DNA of 64,000 bases from Eledone cirrhosa (GCA_964016885.1 OZ024741.1:363754001-363818000); one strand, 5' to 3'; positions 13,436 through 26,605 are shown, numbered from the stretch's first letter. Numbers and translations: made by a program. The notes: a model not told the origin generated them from the sequence alone.

Positions 13436-14720
13436 CTAGCTGGCCCGTCCGGCTGGCGCCTGGCTAGCTATACCAGCATTTTATCTTTTCAGGAATCCCC
13501 CCTCCACTCCAGTGCAAAGATACCATACGCCTATCAAGTATGCGAGGTTGGGGTGTGGGGTGTGGGGAGTTTAACGTGCTCTGATGTTGGGTTTGAATAG
13601 TTTTTAGGATTCCCCAGTTCAACAGCCAGCATGTTAAAGAAAATTGATAGTTACAACAATAAAGGCTGAACAGAGAACACATTTTTTAACAAACAATAAT
13701 TTGTACAACCATAATGAAAATTCCAAGTAACAGAAAATACATAAATTACATTGTTAGAGCCTCAGAGTATACAATATTTTTTGTTCGGCCCTCCGGAGCA
13801 AAGATGAAGAGATTGTTTGGCGAGCTCACCCTAGAGCATCCTACATACAATTGACCATGGGAGAAGCATGGTTTTCCCAGATGAAGGCCAGCCACTTTTA
13901 GGGTTTGACCCTGACCTTTGTTGATGGTAATCGCGAAGCTTAGTCTTATTGGAAACTGAAGTCGCTTAACATGTCCTGTAAATGGCGAATGATTTCAAGT
14001 TTGGTTCCTGGGATGGCCCGATGGCGACGTATCGCTTGTGAATCTGCATCTCCAATGAAGTAGATTTGCAAAACCTCGTGGTCTTCGTCAGTCAGAGGTA
14101 GGAAACTTCCAATCGTGTGGTACACTTGGCCCTGTACTTTAAATGTGGGCATGTATCCGTGCTTTCGTGAAATAAATAGGTTTTTGATTTTGTGTATGCA
14201 AAAATATCTGTACACAAATATATATATATTAAAATAACAGATTACAGTTTAAACAAAGAATCGCTGCTTTCACCCTTAACGAGATCTTCTGAAATATTAA
14301 AATAACAGATTAAAGTTTAAGCAAAGAATCGTTGCTTTCACCCTTAACAGAATCTTCTGAAACTAAAAAAATCAATCTGTGAACGCAGAAGTAAATATTT
14401 CGAAAAACGTTATCTAATGCAGACAGCCAGACATGCAAAGACATATTATAAGGGCGCGACGTCATAGCTATGTATCTAAAAAGACAGGCTAAGAAAAAGT
14501 GAGGAATGTCGTATAACCGGAAGTGTTGACATTCGAAATTTTAAAGAAGTGAATATTTAAACAATGTCTTTAATCTTTGAACAAAACTCAGTAGACAAAA
14601 ATACCCTCACATTTTTACTTGGAAAAAGTTACATCTATGGTGAAAATTTGGTGCTGTTTAGTCCAGCCATTTGGCGAAAAGTTTGTTACATACATACGGC
14701 CGTCAGCTTTATATTATAGA
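13436..14720 (-). mobile_element. Internally deleted Helitron
   Basis: 5' TCTATAATATAAAG; 3' GC-rich hairpin plus CTAG; inserted between A and T; retains RepHel pieces MPTFKVQGQVYH..LQIYF and [26 protein letters not shown]. Confidence 0.92.
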
Positions 14721-14879
14721 TATATAATACGACATTCCTCCCTCTTTCTTACTCTGTCTTTTTAGATAGATACATAGCTATAACGTCGCGCGCTTATATC
14801 TGTTTGTATGTCTACCTATCTGCATTGCCTTCGCTTCTAACCAACTTTTAATTAATTATATATATAATTATATATTCGT

Positions 14880-15528
14880 GTATATATTTTCAACAGTAAT
14901 ACTGTACTGTATATTTTCAACAGTAGTACTGTACTATATATTTTCAACAGTAATACTGTACTACATATTTTCAACAGTAATACTATACTATATATTTTCA
15001 ACAGTAATACTGTACTATATATTTTCAACAGTAATACTGTACTGTACTATATATTTTCAACAGTAGTACTGTACTATATATTTTCAACAGTAATACTGTA
15101 CTACATATTTTCAACAGTAATACTATACTATATATTTTCAACAGTAATACTGTACTATATATTTTCACCAGTAATACTGTACTGTACTATATATTTTCAA
15201 CAGTAATACTATACTATATATTTTCAACAGTAATACTGTACTATATATTTTCACCAGTAATACTGTACTGTACTATATATTTTCAACAGTAATACTATAC
15301 TATATATTTTCAACAGTAATGCTGTACTATATATTTTCAACAGTGATACAATACTATACTATATATTTTCAACAGTAATACTATATTATATATTTTTAAC
15401 AGTAATACTGTACTATATATTTTCAACAGTAATACTATACTATATATTTTCAACAGTAATACTGTACTATACTATATATTTTCAACAGTAATACTATACT
15501 ATACTATATGTTTTCAACAGTAATATTA
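14880..15528. repeat. ~27-bp minisatellite (TACTRTACTATATATTTTCAACAGTAA)n
   Basis: More than 20 tandem units; the array resumes at 17375-17640 and appears again at 18584-18770. Confidence 0.95.
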
Positions 15529-17374
15529 TCTATACATATATATAAAATTGAAATTGTCTGTGTGTGTGTGTCCTAAGTTTTGCAAAGTCTATACAAATCC
15601 ACATTTCTACTCCGATTGACTTCAAACTTGCATTTATATATTCCGTGCGGTCTAAAGATATTAACTGCAGCTTTTATTTTTCAATTTTCTGTTGTTAAAG
15701 GGGTTAGGCGCCGGTTATCGATTTCCGTCGCGCCCTTGTAATATTTGTCTGTATGTCTGGCTGTCTGCATTACGACATTATGACAAACACGTCATTACTG
15801 ACGTATATCTTCGCTATTTTCCGTTCATTGCCAGGGAACGTCTTCACGAACCAAAGTATCGTGTTCCTGTTTTCCTTCGGTTGCAACGCTTTTCAAAATA
15901 TTTACTTCTGCGTTCACAGATTGTTTTTTGAAGGTTCAGAAGATCCCGTTAAGGGTGAAAGCAGCGATTCTTCGCTTAAAATTTAATCTGTTATCTACTA
16001 TATAAATTGGAAGTGGTCGGATGTTGTATATTTAAGTAAGTAAGTAAGTGTAGTCGGATAAACGTCGAAACGGCTTAGTGCAATGCAGCGAAAATTTACA
16101 CAGTTATGCGGAATGACCCAAGGAGGCGTTGGGTCTACTTTCAAATTAAAAGCTTCAATGGTTACAGAGAAAATTGATGAAACAATCGATGAAATTCAAT
16201 GATCCAATAACAAAGGGAGATAACCTTTTTTCTTTTTAAAGAGTTTTTTCCCTTGAAATTTTATCGATTTCTTGACAATTTTCCACGGAAACTTCAACAC
16301 GTGGTTATTGGATAAAAAGTATTTTTATCGATTTCTTGACAATACAGTTCTAAACAGACTTCTGCATAAACAACACATTCAAATTAATAAGGCATACTTT
16401 GCATTTCATTAGTTTATTTAACTACAATAATTAGTTTAAATGGGTTGCATTAACGTCACACCAGTATCGTGAACGCTCGATTACAAGATTTGATTTTTTG
16501 CGCGTTCTAAGCAGACTTCTACTGCAATAAAAATCATTTACGGTTTGTTCGATCGTGTAAAACTACTACGTGTGCGTATTACCATGTTTAGGTTTGTATA
16601 TGTGTGTGTGTTACCATGTTTAGGTTTGTAACTGTGCTAATATCCCATAACTTAGTGCAACTTGACAAAAGAGATCAATAAAGTAAGTGCCAGCTTTGAA
16701 AAATTAGTACTGGGATTGATATGACTGATTAGTAGTGGAGCAATGGGAATTCCTGAAGGCAAAAAAATGAAATCTGTGGATGAAGCATGTCTCTAGGGCG
16801 AGGGAGAGTGACTTGGTAATGGTTCGACTTCATGATGATCTTCGCTTCTGTGCCAGCCTCTTTTCCGTGCCATACATGGTTCGACTTCATGTTGATCTTC
16901 GCTTCTGTGCCAGCCCCATTTTAATTGAAAGGAAGGCAAATAAATGCACGTAAGTTTGTGATTATTAATTTTGTTGATTTTTATGTTTGTCTTTGTTTGT
17001 GTTTTGTCTTTTTGGATTTCAATTTTTTTTCTTTCTTTTGGGTTTTCATATTTCTGTTTTCAACCTTATTTGACAGTAAATTTATTAGGATTTCGGTTTG
17101 TTATTCTTAATTTTTTTTATTTTTCGTGTTCCCTTTTTGTGATTTTTGTTGGTTTCTTGGTTGAGAAAAGAAGTTGAATTCTTATCAGTGAACCAAATCT
17201 CCCGGGTAAAACCGGGTTAAACAGATTTTAATTTCTAAATTCTATTATCATTACAACTTTGACATATTTTATATAAAATGAATATGAGAAAAAAAAAAAA
17301 CATCTTCATATTTATTGTTTACTAATCTGAATAAAAACAGCAGTAACCCGGGCAACGCCGGGTCATTCAGCTAG
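15529..17374 (+). mobile_element. Composite non-autonomous Helitron (5' TC starts at 15529 and 15994; one 3' end)
   Basis: TCTATACATATATAAAA and TCTACTATATAAATT starts; 3' CCCGGGCAACGCCGGG hairpin and CTAG at 17371-17374; A|T insertion into the minisatellite. Confidence 0.8.
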
Positions 17375-17640
17375 TACTATATATTTTCAAAAGTAATACT
17401 ATACTATATATTTTCAATATTTTGAATGCTGTACTGTACTATATATTTTCAACACTAATACTATACTATATATTTTCAACAGTAATACTGTACTGTTCTA
17501 TATATTTTCAACAGTAATACTGTACTATACTATATATTTTCAACAGTAATACTATACTATATATTTTCAACAGTAATACCGTACTATATATTTTCAACAG
17601 TAATACTGTACTATATATTTTCAACAGTAATACTATACTA
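17375..17640. repeat. ~27-bp minisatellite, continuation
   Basis: Same unit as 14880-15528. Confidence 0.95.
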
Positions 17641-18919
17641 TCTATAATATAAAGCTGACGGCCGTATATATGTAACAAACTTTTCGCCAAACGGCTGGAC
17701 CAAACAGCACCAAATTTACACCATACATGTAATTTTATCCAAGTAAAAAAGTGAGGGTATTTTTGTCTACTGAATTTTGTTCAAAGATTAAAGACATTAT
17801 TTAAATATTCACTTCTTTAAAATTTCAAATGTCAACACTTCTGGTTATACGACATTCCTCACTCTTTCTTAGTCTGTCTATTTAGATAGATACATAGCTA
17901 TGACGTCGCGCCCTTATAATATGTCTCTGTATGTCTAGCTGTCTGCATTAGATAACGTTTTTCGAAATATTTACTTCTGCGTTCACAGATTGATTTTTTT
18001 TAGTTTCAGAAGATTCTGTTTAAACTTTAATCTGTTATTTTAATATATATATTTGTGTACAGATATTTTTGCACACACAAAAACAAAATATACACAAACC
18101 TATTTATTCACGAAAGCACAGACGGCTTATCGTCATTGTTACTGCCGATATGCCACCCAAAAGGTCCCAGCCTGGCCGCAAGACCAGATTTTCCAGAAGA
18201 AAAAATGTTACTAGAGCAAGAGAGTCTGAAGATGATCATGAACGCCGCCTTCAGCAGATGAGGACTCAAGCGAGAGCCATTCGATTAGCCCAGTCTCGCC
18301 TTCAGCAACTGAGTTCCCGTGCAGAGGGTAGGAGAGCAACACAGACAGAACAAGCCAGATTGTAGCAAGTGAGTTCACAAGCTGATTGCATCCACATTGG
18401 ATTACAGCATCAGTGTGCCATACAGGTCCTTGCAAAACTGAGTCCGATTTTTAACTATTCAAACCCAACATCAGAGCACGCCCCCCCCCCTCGCTGACTT
18501 GAGCGGGGGTGCGGTATCTTTCCACTGGAGTGGAGGGGGAATTCCTGAAAAGATAAAATGCCGGTATACCTAGCCGGGCGCCAGTAATACTGCACTGTAC
18601 TATATATTTTCAACAGCAATACTATACTGTATATTTTCAACAGTAATACTATACTATATATTTTCAACAGTAATACTATACTACACTATATGTTTTCAAC
18701 AGTCATACTATACTATATGTTTTCAACAGTCATACTATACCATACTATATATTTTCAACAGTGATACAACACAGATGGCTTATCGTCTGTTTATCCAAGT
18801 GAAGCTAGGTACGTCAGCTATATATATATCCGGATGCCGTAGAACACGCCAATATATATATATATGGATGCCGTAGAACACGCCAATGGTAGCCGGGCGC
18901 CAGCGGACGGGCCAGCTAG
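17641..18919 (+). mobile_element. Non-autonomous Helitron, same family as 13436-14720
   Basis: 5' TCTATAATATAAAGCTGACGG; 3' GCCGGGCGCCAGCGGACGGGCCAG-CTAG; contains a basic RepHel-like N-terminus MPPKRSQPGRKTR..ESEDDHERRL. Confidence 0.88.
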
Positions 18920-18980
18920 TATGTATATATATATATGTGCGTATATGTATATATATATGTATGTATATATATATGTGTAT

Positions 18981-19634
18981 GAGCGTCATAATAATAGCAA
19001 TAGTAAACCCGACGTCAATGTTAACTCTAGGCTAGATTCCGTAAATTTAAATACGACGTCAAACGTAACTTTGTCGAATGTTCATAACACCAATCTAAAT
19101 CAGGAAACTTTAGCACCTATCGTAAATAACTTCTCCAATCCAATTCCTTCTATAAATAATACTAGGTCACTTGTTAATAACTCTGGTAATTTCTCTAATC
19201 GTAATTGTAATTGCCCTGTTAGAAATAAATGTCCTCTTAGTAACCAATGTCTTGATAAAAATTTAGTGTATGAATGTAAGGTTATAACTGGTACTAATTC
19301 TTTTACTTATTTTGGTTACACTTCCACTTCCTTTAAAGCAAGATTTTATAATCACAACTAGTCTTTTAAATACCAACTTAAAAGAACTAACACGGCACTC
19401 TCAGAACTCACATGGTCCTTAAAGGACAAAAATATTAACTACAACATTTCTTGGAGGATGATTTGCAACGCCTCTCCTTACCGGAATTCTTCCCTATCCA
19501 GAACATGTAATCTCTGCCTAGCCAAGAAATTTACCATTATCTCTAATTTTAATTCTATAATAAATAGACGTACGGATTTATTTTCGCTCTGCTTGCATAA
19601 ATCCCATATAACTTTCCATAAAGTATACAGCTAA
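18981..19634 (+). pseudogene. Penelope-like element C-terminal fragment: GIY-YIG endonuclease
   Basis: CNC..CPL..C..NLVYECKV..TYFGYT..FKARFYNH*SF..TALS..W..CNLCL..K..NRRTDLFSLCLH, with one in-frame stop. Confidence 0.88.
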
Positions 19635-19822
19635 TATCTTACTACCTAATTAGTTTAAAATCTTCTTTTCTCAAACGCTTTTATATCTTTTACAAATATA
19701 CCCATCTTTCTACCTGTAGGGGATATAATTTTTTTTTTTCTGATTTCAACATCAATTTTTTTTTTCTTTTTTAAACACTTTAGTCTTTATTGTGTTGTAT
19801 CAGATGAAAGAATGGTATTTAA

Positions 19823-21190
19823 CTAATGTATTGGTACGCGATGGGGCCCACCCACACCGGCGGACAGAATGGAGAAGGCGTTTCCCCGGAGGACTGCAAG
19901 GGAGACGCGCTGGAAAAGCCACTCCAACTCGCGGGGATCACCCCTGCGGCTGGCTAGCTCAGCGCCTATGGTGGTAAGGAGGTAGCCCTGGGGCCGAGGA
20001 CACCAGAAGTCTCCACTGCCAGGGGAACGACCGCAAACCTGTCGGAGAGCGACCGTATTTGAGGAGTTTGGCCCCCTCAGCCCAACGTGCAGCAGAACCT
20101 GGGTCAGTCGCAGACTGCACCAGGTTACGGCTGCAGAAAGTGTCGGTGCAAGTGGCATCCCAGACGAGGGGTTTGCCACCACGGAACGGGAAGATGGTCA
20201 TGCCATCTGGCCCTTTGCCATCCCCTCGATCCAGCCCCACCGGCTCGAGCTTGGAAGGGAAGCCCGCAGCGTCCAAGCCATGCTTAATGACCTTGTTGAG
20301 GGCAGCATGGAGTGGAATGCGGCCGGCACTGTGGCGACAGGAAAGCGGGTGGAGGCCCAAAGAGTCCACGGTGGAACCGCAGCGACATTGGTGTGGCTGG
20401 CAGATCCGGAGGCCGAGCCTCAGGGAAACGCCGATTCGCAGGCTATGGTTGTCTAGCTGCGTGCCAGTGGAGAAGGAAAGCAGGGCATGGAGCCAGGCAC
20501 CACTGTGAGGTTTGGAGGCCGCATGAAAACAAGCAAGGCAGTGCTGGTCGAGCTGGCGCGTGAGCCTGTCTGAGGCCAGGCTGCACTGGATGGCATCCCA
20601 GGTGCGTTGGAGGGACTAGGCGTCAACAGGGGGGGGGAGAAGGGACGTCTACTGGGCTAAGTCCCAGCAGGTCCCACGTCTCACAGGTGGCCTCACGTTC
20701 TCTGAGCACAGAGGGTTCTGTTGTGTTTTGAAGAACCCTGTTGACGAGGACGCGGCACGGGGTTACCGACGAAAGATACGCCGGCAAAGCTAGTGAGATC
20801 GGGGACCGGAGGCCAAGGTCGCCATACCTGACCTGTAAAGTGGCCTGTTGCCACCCTATGTCGTCAAACTTGACGTTGCATATCCCCTCGGCTACTGTTC
20901 GGATACAAGTATCGAGGTCAGCGAGGAGAGATGTCTGGGTGTAGCATGGAGCGCTGCGGAGTGTATAGAGGAGCTTCGGCATGGCGAAGCAGTTCCTCAG
21001 CAGAAAGAGAGCTGGGTAGCCGTCAATCAAGCCCAGTCGGCTCGTGAGAGTCTGGAGCTGTTGAAGCCTGGACCTGGTGGTGGAGCGGATGGCCGGCGGG
21101 TGGATCGGTGACCCGAGGATGAGGACATCCTCTTTGGGGGCACCTGAACCTGGCGGAGTATGGAGCGCACGTCCAACGTTAGCGGTCCCT
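19823..21190 (-). mobile_element. CRE-like non-LTR retrotransposon 3' fragment (post-RT region, zinc knuckle, restriction-like endonuclease)
   Basis: LLRNCFAMPKLLYTLR; GLG-like motif; CRC..H..SC..H; LEP..DGKGPDG..LVWDATC; LFQRVSLAVLRGNA; frameshifted. Confidence 0.82.
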
Positions 21191-21914
21191 ATTTTTTTTC
21201 TTTTTTATCCTTTTTTCTTTTTTAATTTATAATCTTTAATCTGCAACTTTTACTTCTCAATTACTTTTTAATTGATATTATAACTCACTGTAGCATTTTC
21301 CTTATATTCTTGGCCATACAAATTTTATTTTTAATATATACTAATATTACCATTAGTAAATTTTGTAAACATATTTTTTTTTACGTTATATATTTTTTCT
21401 TCCTTGAATTTTCTCCTTTCTTCTCTCCTTCCATGCTCGTATTAAACCTATTATTTACTTTTTCCTATTACAATACATAGAAACAAACTTGGACCCTAAC
21501 TAATTCCTCTAAGTTCATAATTCATTTAACCTTTTCTTCATTCACCTTATCTCCTTAATATTTTTTCATTTTAATAATACATTTTAATAAATTCCTTTTC
21601 GCACATATTATTAAACCCTTCAATATATAAACCTTAAATAAATACTATTCTTAATTCCTTTTTCTTTAATCATAAACATTACCATTCATAAACCTCATTA
21701 ACTTTTAATTTCAAAATTTTTTAAAAATATGTATATATATATATGTGTATATGTATATAGGAAAATGTATGACCTCGACGGCAGAGCTCAAGCCGTTTCG
21801 ACGGCTATTTCTGGACTGGGGTCATACATTTTCCTATTACCCACTCTACTACCCTAAGTATTGAGTACTCTGGTGTGTTATGGTCTATCTGGTCCCTTAC
21901 CACAACTACTTCGT

Positions 21915-21944
<30 letters not shown>

Positions 21945-21945
<1 letters not shown>

Positions 21946-24283
21946 CATCATCATCATCGTTTAACGTCCATCTTCCACGCTAGCATGGGTCTGGACGGGA
22001 ATTGTCCCACTTGAGACAAAATTGGTTGTTTTGCTCAGGACTGTCTGGCAGGTTTTCTACGGCTGGAAGCTCTTCCTAACACCAACCACGTTTACAGTGA
22101 AGACTGGGAGGTTTTTACCGTGTTACCTACCGGCCACATTACAGAGTGGACTGTGTGTTTTTTTGTCATGACACCTACACGACCTCGTTTATTTAGGACT
22201 GGATGTTGTGGTACCAACATAGCTTTACATCGAAAGGGGTGGTGTGGATGAGGTGGGGGTAGTGGGACAGGGGTGTATTTTTGTTAAGAGGTGCCTACTG
22301 ACTGTAGGTTTCGCTTTGTACTTAGGCAAGGCGGGTCTTCTGTATTACTACGTAGCGCCAAAGATCTCGGTCCAGTGACATTGTCTTGGAGAGGTGTAAG
22401 TGTGTGAAGTCAGATTTTATCAAGTCCCAGGTTTTTCTGGGTCTGCCTACTCCGTAGCTACCGTCTATTTTGATCGCCCTGCACTTTTTTATACAGCTGT
22501 CATCTTTCATGCGCATCACGTGACCATACCAACGTAGCCTTCTCTCGTGTAAACAGCATCTGATCCCTCTTATTCCTAATTTCTCACTGAGTTCATTTAT
22601 GCTTTGCCGTTTGAATATATTACTATTACACATCCAATGGAGCATGCAAGCTTCGTTCCTCTCCAGTCTGCGTAGATCCTCTGCACACAATGCCCAGGTC
22701 TCACTGCCATGTAACATCGTTGTTCGTATGCAGGCATCATACAACCTGCCTTTCATTTTTAGGGAGAACCCTTTAGCGGCTAATAGTGCTATAAGCTCTC
22801 TGAACTTTTTCCATCCCGTTCTGACTCTAACTACAGTAATTTCGGAGCACCCTCCACCACTGCTGATTTTGTTACCCAGGTAACGGAAGCTGTCCACTAT
22901 TTCTATAGAACCATCTGTGCAATGGAATGAGCTAGTATTCTATGGGCACTTGCTGCTACTTATTGCACCTGAGCACCGGCCACATATAAAATCTATATTC
23001 TTAGTTAACTTACCTGTGATCCCACTACATCTTTTATGCACCAATACTTTGCATTTGGGACATAAAATGGAGTTTCTGCCTACTCCTTTCCTACACACTG
23101 AGCATGGCCCTTTCCCAGATGGGACCAGTGCCCTACATATTAGGACTTTAGTCTTAGACAAGTTAACTTTAAGGCCTTTTGATTCTAGGCCATGCTTCCA
23201 TGTTTGGAATTTCTTCTCTAGTTCAGCCATTGATTCGGCTATGAGCGTTAGATCATCTGCGTATAGAAGTTTCCATGGGCAGCCGGTCTTGAACTCCTCC
23301 GTTATAGCTTGGAGGGGGCTAAGAACGGATCCCTGATGAACACCAACTTTTACGCTAAACTCTTCACTATATTCGTTGTTAATTCTAACCTTGCTGACTG
23401 TTTCTTTATACATGGCTTGTATAGCTCTCACAAGCCATTCATCAATACCTAGTTTTCTATGAGCCCACCAGATAATGGAGCAGGGGACTCTGTCAAAGGC
23501 TTTCTCTAGGTCTACAAAAGCTAAGTAGAGGGGTTTACTTTTAGCTAGGTACTTCTCCTGTAGTTGTGTACAATGAAAAGAGCGTCTGTGGTACTTTTAC
23601 CTGACACAAACCCGAACTGCATTTCATCTAGATCAATTCGCTCTCTGATTAGTTGCGCTATTACTTTTTCTACGACCTTTATGACCTGGTCAGTTAATTT
23701 AATGCCTCTATAGTTTCCCCTATCTAGAGCATCTCCTTTACCCTTGTAGCAGTTAATGATGATGCTGCTACGCCAGTCCTTTGGTATGACCCCATTCTGT
23801 ATAACTTGGTTTACTATCCGGGTGACCATAGTGTGTCCCACCGTTCCAGATGCTTTCAGCATTTCAGCAACTATTTCCGAAGGCCCAGCCACCTTGCCCC
23901 TCTTCATATCTTTGATTGCTTTACTTATTATACTACCTTCAACTTGCACCGCTGGTCCTTCTATTGGATCGACTGGGGAGACTGTCTTTCTCCCATTTAT
24001 TCTCCTCATTTAGTAGCCTTTCGTAGTGACACTTCCAAGCTACCTTCTTATCAGCGTCAGTGATGGCAAGTACACCATCATCATTAAGGACACACTTCTC
24101 CCCGACAACATCACGGTTCTCCTTGACACATTGTCTAGCAATCCTGAACACCTCACGTTTTTGGTCCTCGCGTTGTAGAACATGCTTGAACTTTCTATCC
24201 TCTGCTTCCCTTCTTGCGAAGTACACTTGTCTCCTAGCTTCCCTCCTAGCCACTTGATAGTCTTCTCTACTTCCCCCATCCCA
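21945..24283 (-). mobile_element. RTE (BovB-like) LINE family B, 5'-truncated and decayed
   Basis: RT motifs NYRGIKL, QFGF, GVHQGSVLSP, YADD, FRYLG; (GAT)n tail; homologous to the 46645-49656 ORF. Confidence 0.95.
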
Positions 24284-24641
24284 TATGTATATATATATAT
24301 ATATGTATATATGTATATAGATATGTATATGTATATATATATATACATATATATATGTATATAGATATGTATATATATATATACATATATATATGTATAT
24401 AGATATGTATATGTATATATATATATACATATATATATGTATATAGATATGTATATATATATATACATATATATATGTATATAGATATGTATATATATAT
24501 ATACATATATATATGTATATAGATATGTATATATATATATACATATATATATGTATATAGATATGTATATATATATATACATATATATATGTATATAGAT
24601 ATGTATATATATATATATATAAAGATATGTGTATATATACA

Positions 24642-24682
<41 letters not shown>

Positions 24683-24717
24683 ATATGTGTATATATACAT
24701 ATATGTGTATATATACA

Positions 24718-24784
<67 letters not shown>

Positions 24785-24789
24785 GTATG

Positions 24790-24838
<49 letters not shown>

Positions 24839-24847
24839 GTATATATT
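24284..24847. repeat. TA microsatellite with a ~38-40-bp higher-order repeat
   Basis: Recurrent ATACATATATATGTATATAGATATGT blocks. Confidence 0.93.
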
Positions 24848-25400
24848 ATCATCATCATTTTATGTTCGCTTTTCCCTGCTTGCAAGGGTGGGACAGGTCC
24901 TATTCAGCAGAGCATCTATCCACTTGTCACGGTCATTCGTCATCTCCTCCGTGAGCTTCAGCGATCTGAGGTTGCTCCCACCACTTCTGCCCATGTTTTG
25001 CGTGGTCTTCCTCTTCTGTGTCTTCCCTCTACTGGGATTTCTTGGCACTTCTTTACGCAGCGGTCATCCTCCATGTGCATCACATATCCATGTAGTTGCA
25101 GTTTTCTCTCCTGCACACTACAACTTATCCCTCTTATACACAGTTTCTCTCTCTACTCGTCTATGCTTGGTTGTTCAAGCACATTGACATTGCACATCCA
25201 ACGGAGCATGTTTGCTTCATTTCTCTCCAGCCGTCACATATCCTCTGGAGTTGTGGCCCATATTTCACTACCATGCAGCATCGCACATCTCAAACAGGCA
25301 TCATATAACCAGCCTTTCGTACGCAGGGAGAAACCCTTCTTTGTTAACAGAGGAAGCAGCTCCCTAAACTTCTTCCAAGCCATCCTTATTCTAGGTACCG
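24848..25400 (-). mobile_element. RTE family C 3' fragment
   Basis: Minus strand encodes [12 protein letters not shown].., MLHGS.., GRPRKTW-like C-terminus; (GAT)n tail. Confidence 0.85.
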
Positions 25401-25699
25401 AATATCAGGAACTTCTTTAGAACCCACCTGCTATTGAAAAATGTGTCTATCAATGCGACTTCTACTGTCAAATTTATGTATATATATATATGTATATATA
25501 TATACATATATATATACATATATGTATATATATATACATATATATATACATATATGTATATATATACATATATATATACATATATGTATATATATACATA
25601 TATATATATACATATATGTATATATATACATATATATATACATATATGTATATATATATATACATATATATATATACATATATATATATATACATATAT

Positions 25700-26045
25700 G
25701 TATATGTAAGTATGTATGTATACGTACATACATATATATATATACAGACGTACAGTAGCATGCACATATATATACATATATATACATACAGGTACACATA
25801 TATATATGTACGTATCAGTTTAGCGAACGTTTATTATAACGCTCGCTTTGTCCGTTTGTAAACAAGCGAACCACCTGATTTATGCCATACGGTGTTAAGG
25901 CAACCACGTCACCTTTTTGTTTACAAACGGACAAAGCGATCGTTATAATAAACGTTCGCTAAACTGATACGTACATATATATATATGTGCATGCTACTGT
26001 ACGTCTGTATACATATATGTATGTACGTATACATACATACTTACA
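25700..26045. repeat. Inverted repeat with ~57-bp spacer, same family as the 26769-27362 palindrome
   Basis: ~25700-25862 is the reverse complement of ~25920-26045; shares GCCATACGGTGTTAAGGCAACCACGTCACC with 26932-26961. Confidence 0.85.
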
Positions 26046-26226
26046 TTTAAGTAAGTGCCGTACTAAGAGTGAGAAATGAAATTTCATTATATTACATATA
26101 TGTATATATATACATATATATGTATATATATGTATATATATACATATATTATGTTTGTTTATATATACATATATGTGTATACACATATATATATATATAC
26201 ATATATGTATATATATATATATGTAT

Positions 26227-26575
26227 ATCATCATCATCATCATCATTTCATTTTACGTCTGCTTTTTCCCTGCTTGCAAGGGTGGGACGGGAACTGATTC
26301 TGGCTTAATTTCTACAGCTGGATGCCCTTCCTAACACCAACCTCATTTACAGTGAGTGCTGGGTGCTTTTTTGCCGTGGCACCTCCACGACCACTTTGCA
26401 GTGGAATGATATGGACCCCAGTCCCTATCATCTCCTTTCTACAGCTGAGTAAACTGGAACAATGTGAAATAAAGTGTCTTGCTCAAGGAAACAACACATC
26501 ACCAGGTCTGAGAATTGAACTCACAACCTTTCGATTGCAAGGCTAATGCTCTAACAACTAAGCCATGTGCCTCCA
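26227..26575 (-). mobile_element. tRNA-derived SINE with a CORE/V-like central block and RTE-derived tail
   Basis: Head GGAGGCACATGGCTTAGTTGTT (box A) .. GAGTTCAATTC (box B); CCTTGAGCAAGACACTTT; tail matches RTE 3'UTRs in this window. Confidence 0.85.
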
Positions 26576-26605
26576 AATAAATACATATATATATATATAT
26601 ATATA

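Noticed and set aside
14880-15528. 27-bp repeat as a CRISPR array
   Set aside because: Units are contiguous with no spacers; eukaryotic context; no cas genes
16660-16725. Deu/Nin-like SINE remnant inside the Helitron
   Set aside because: Too short and diverged to call as a feature
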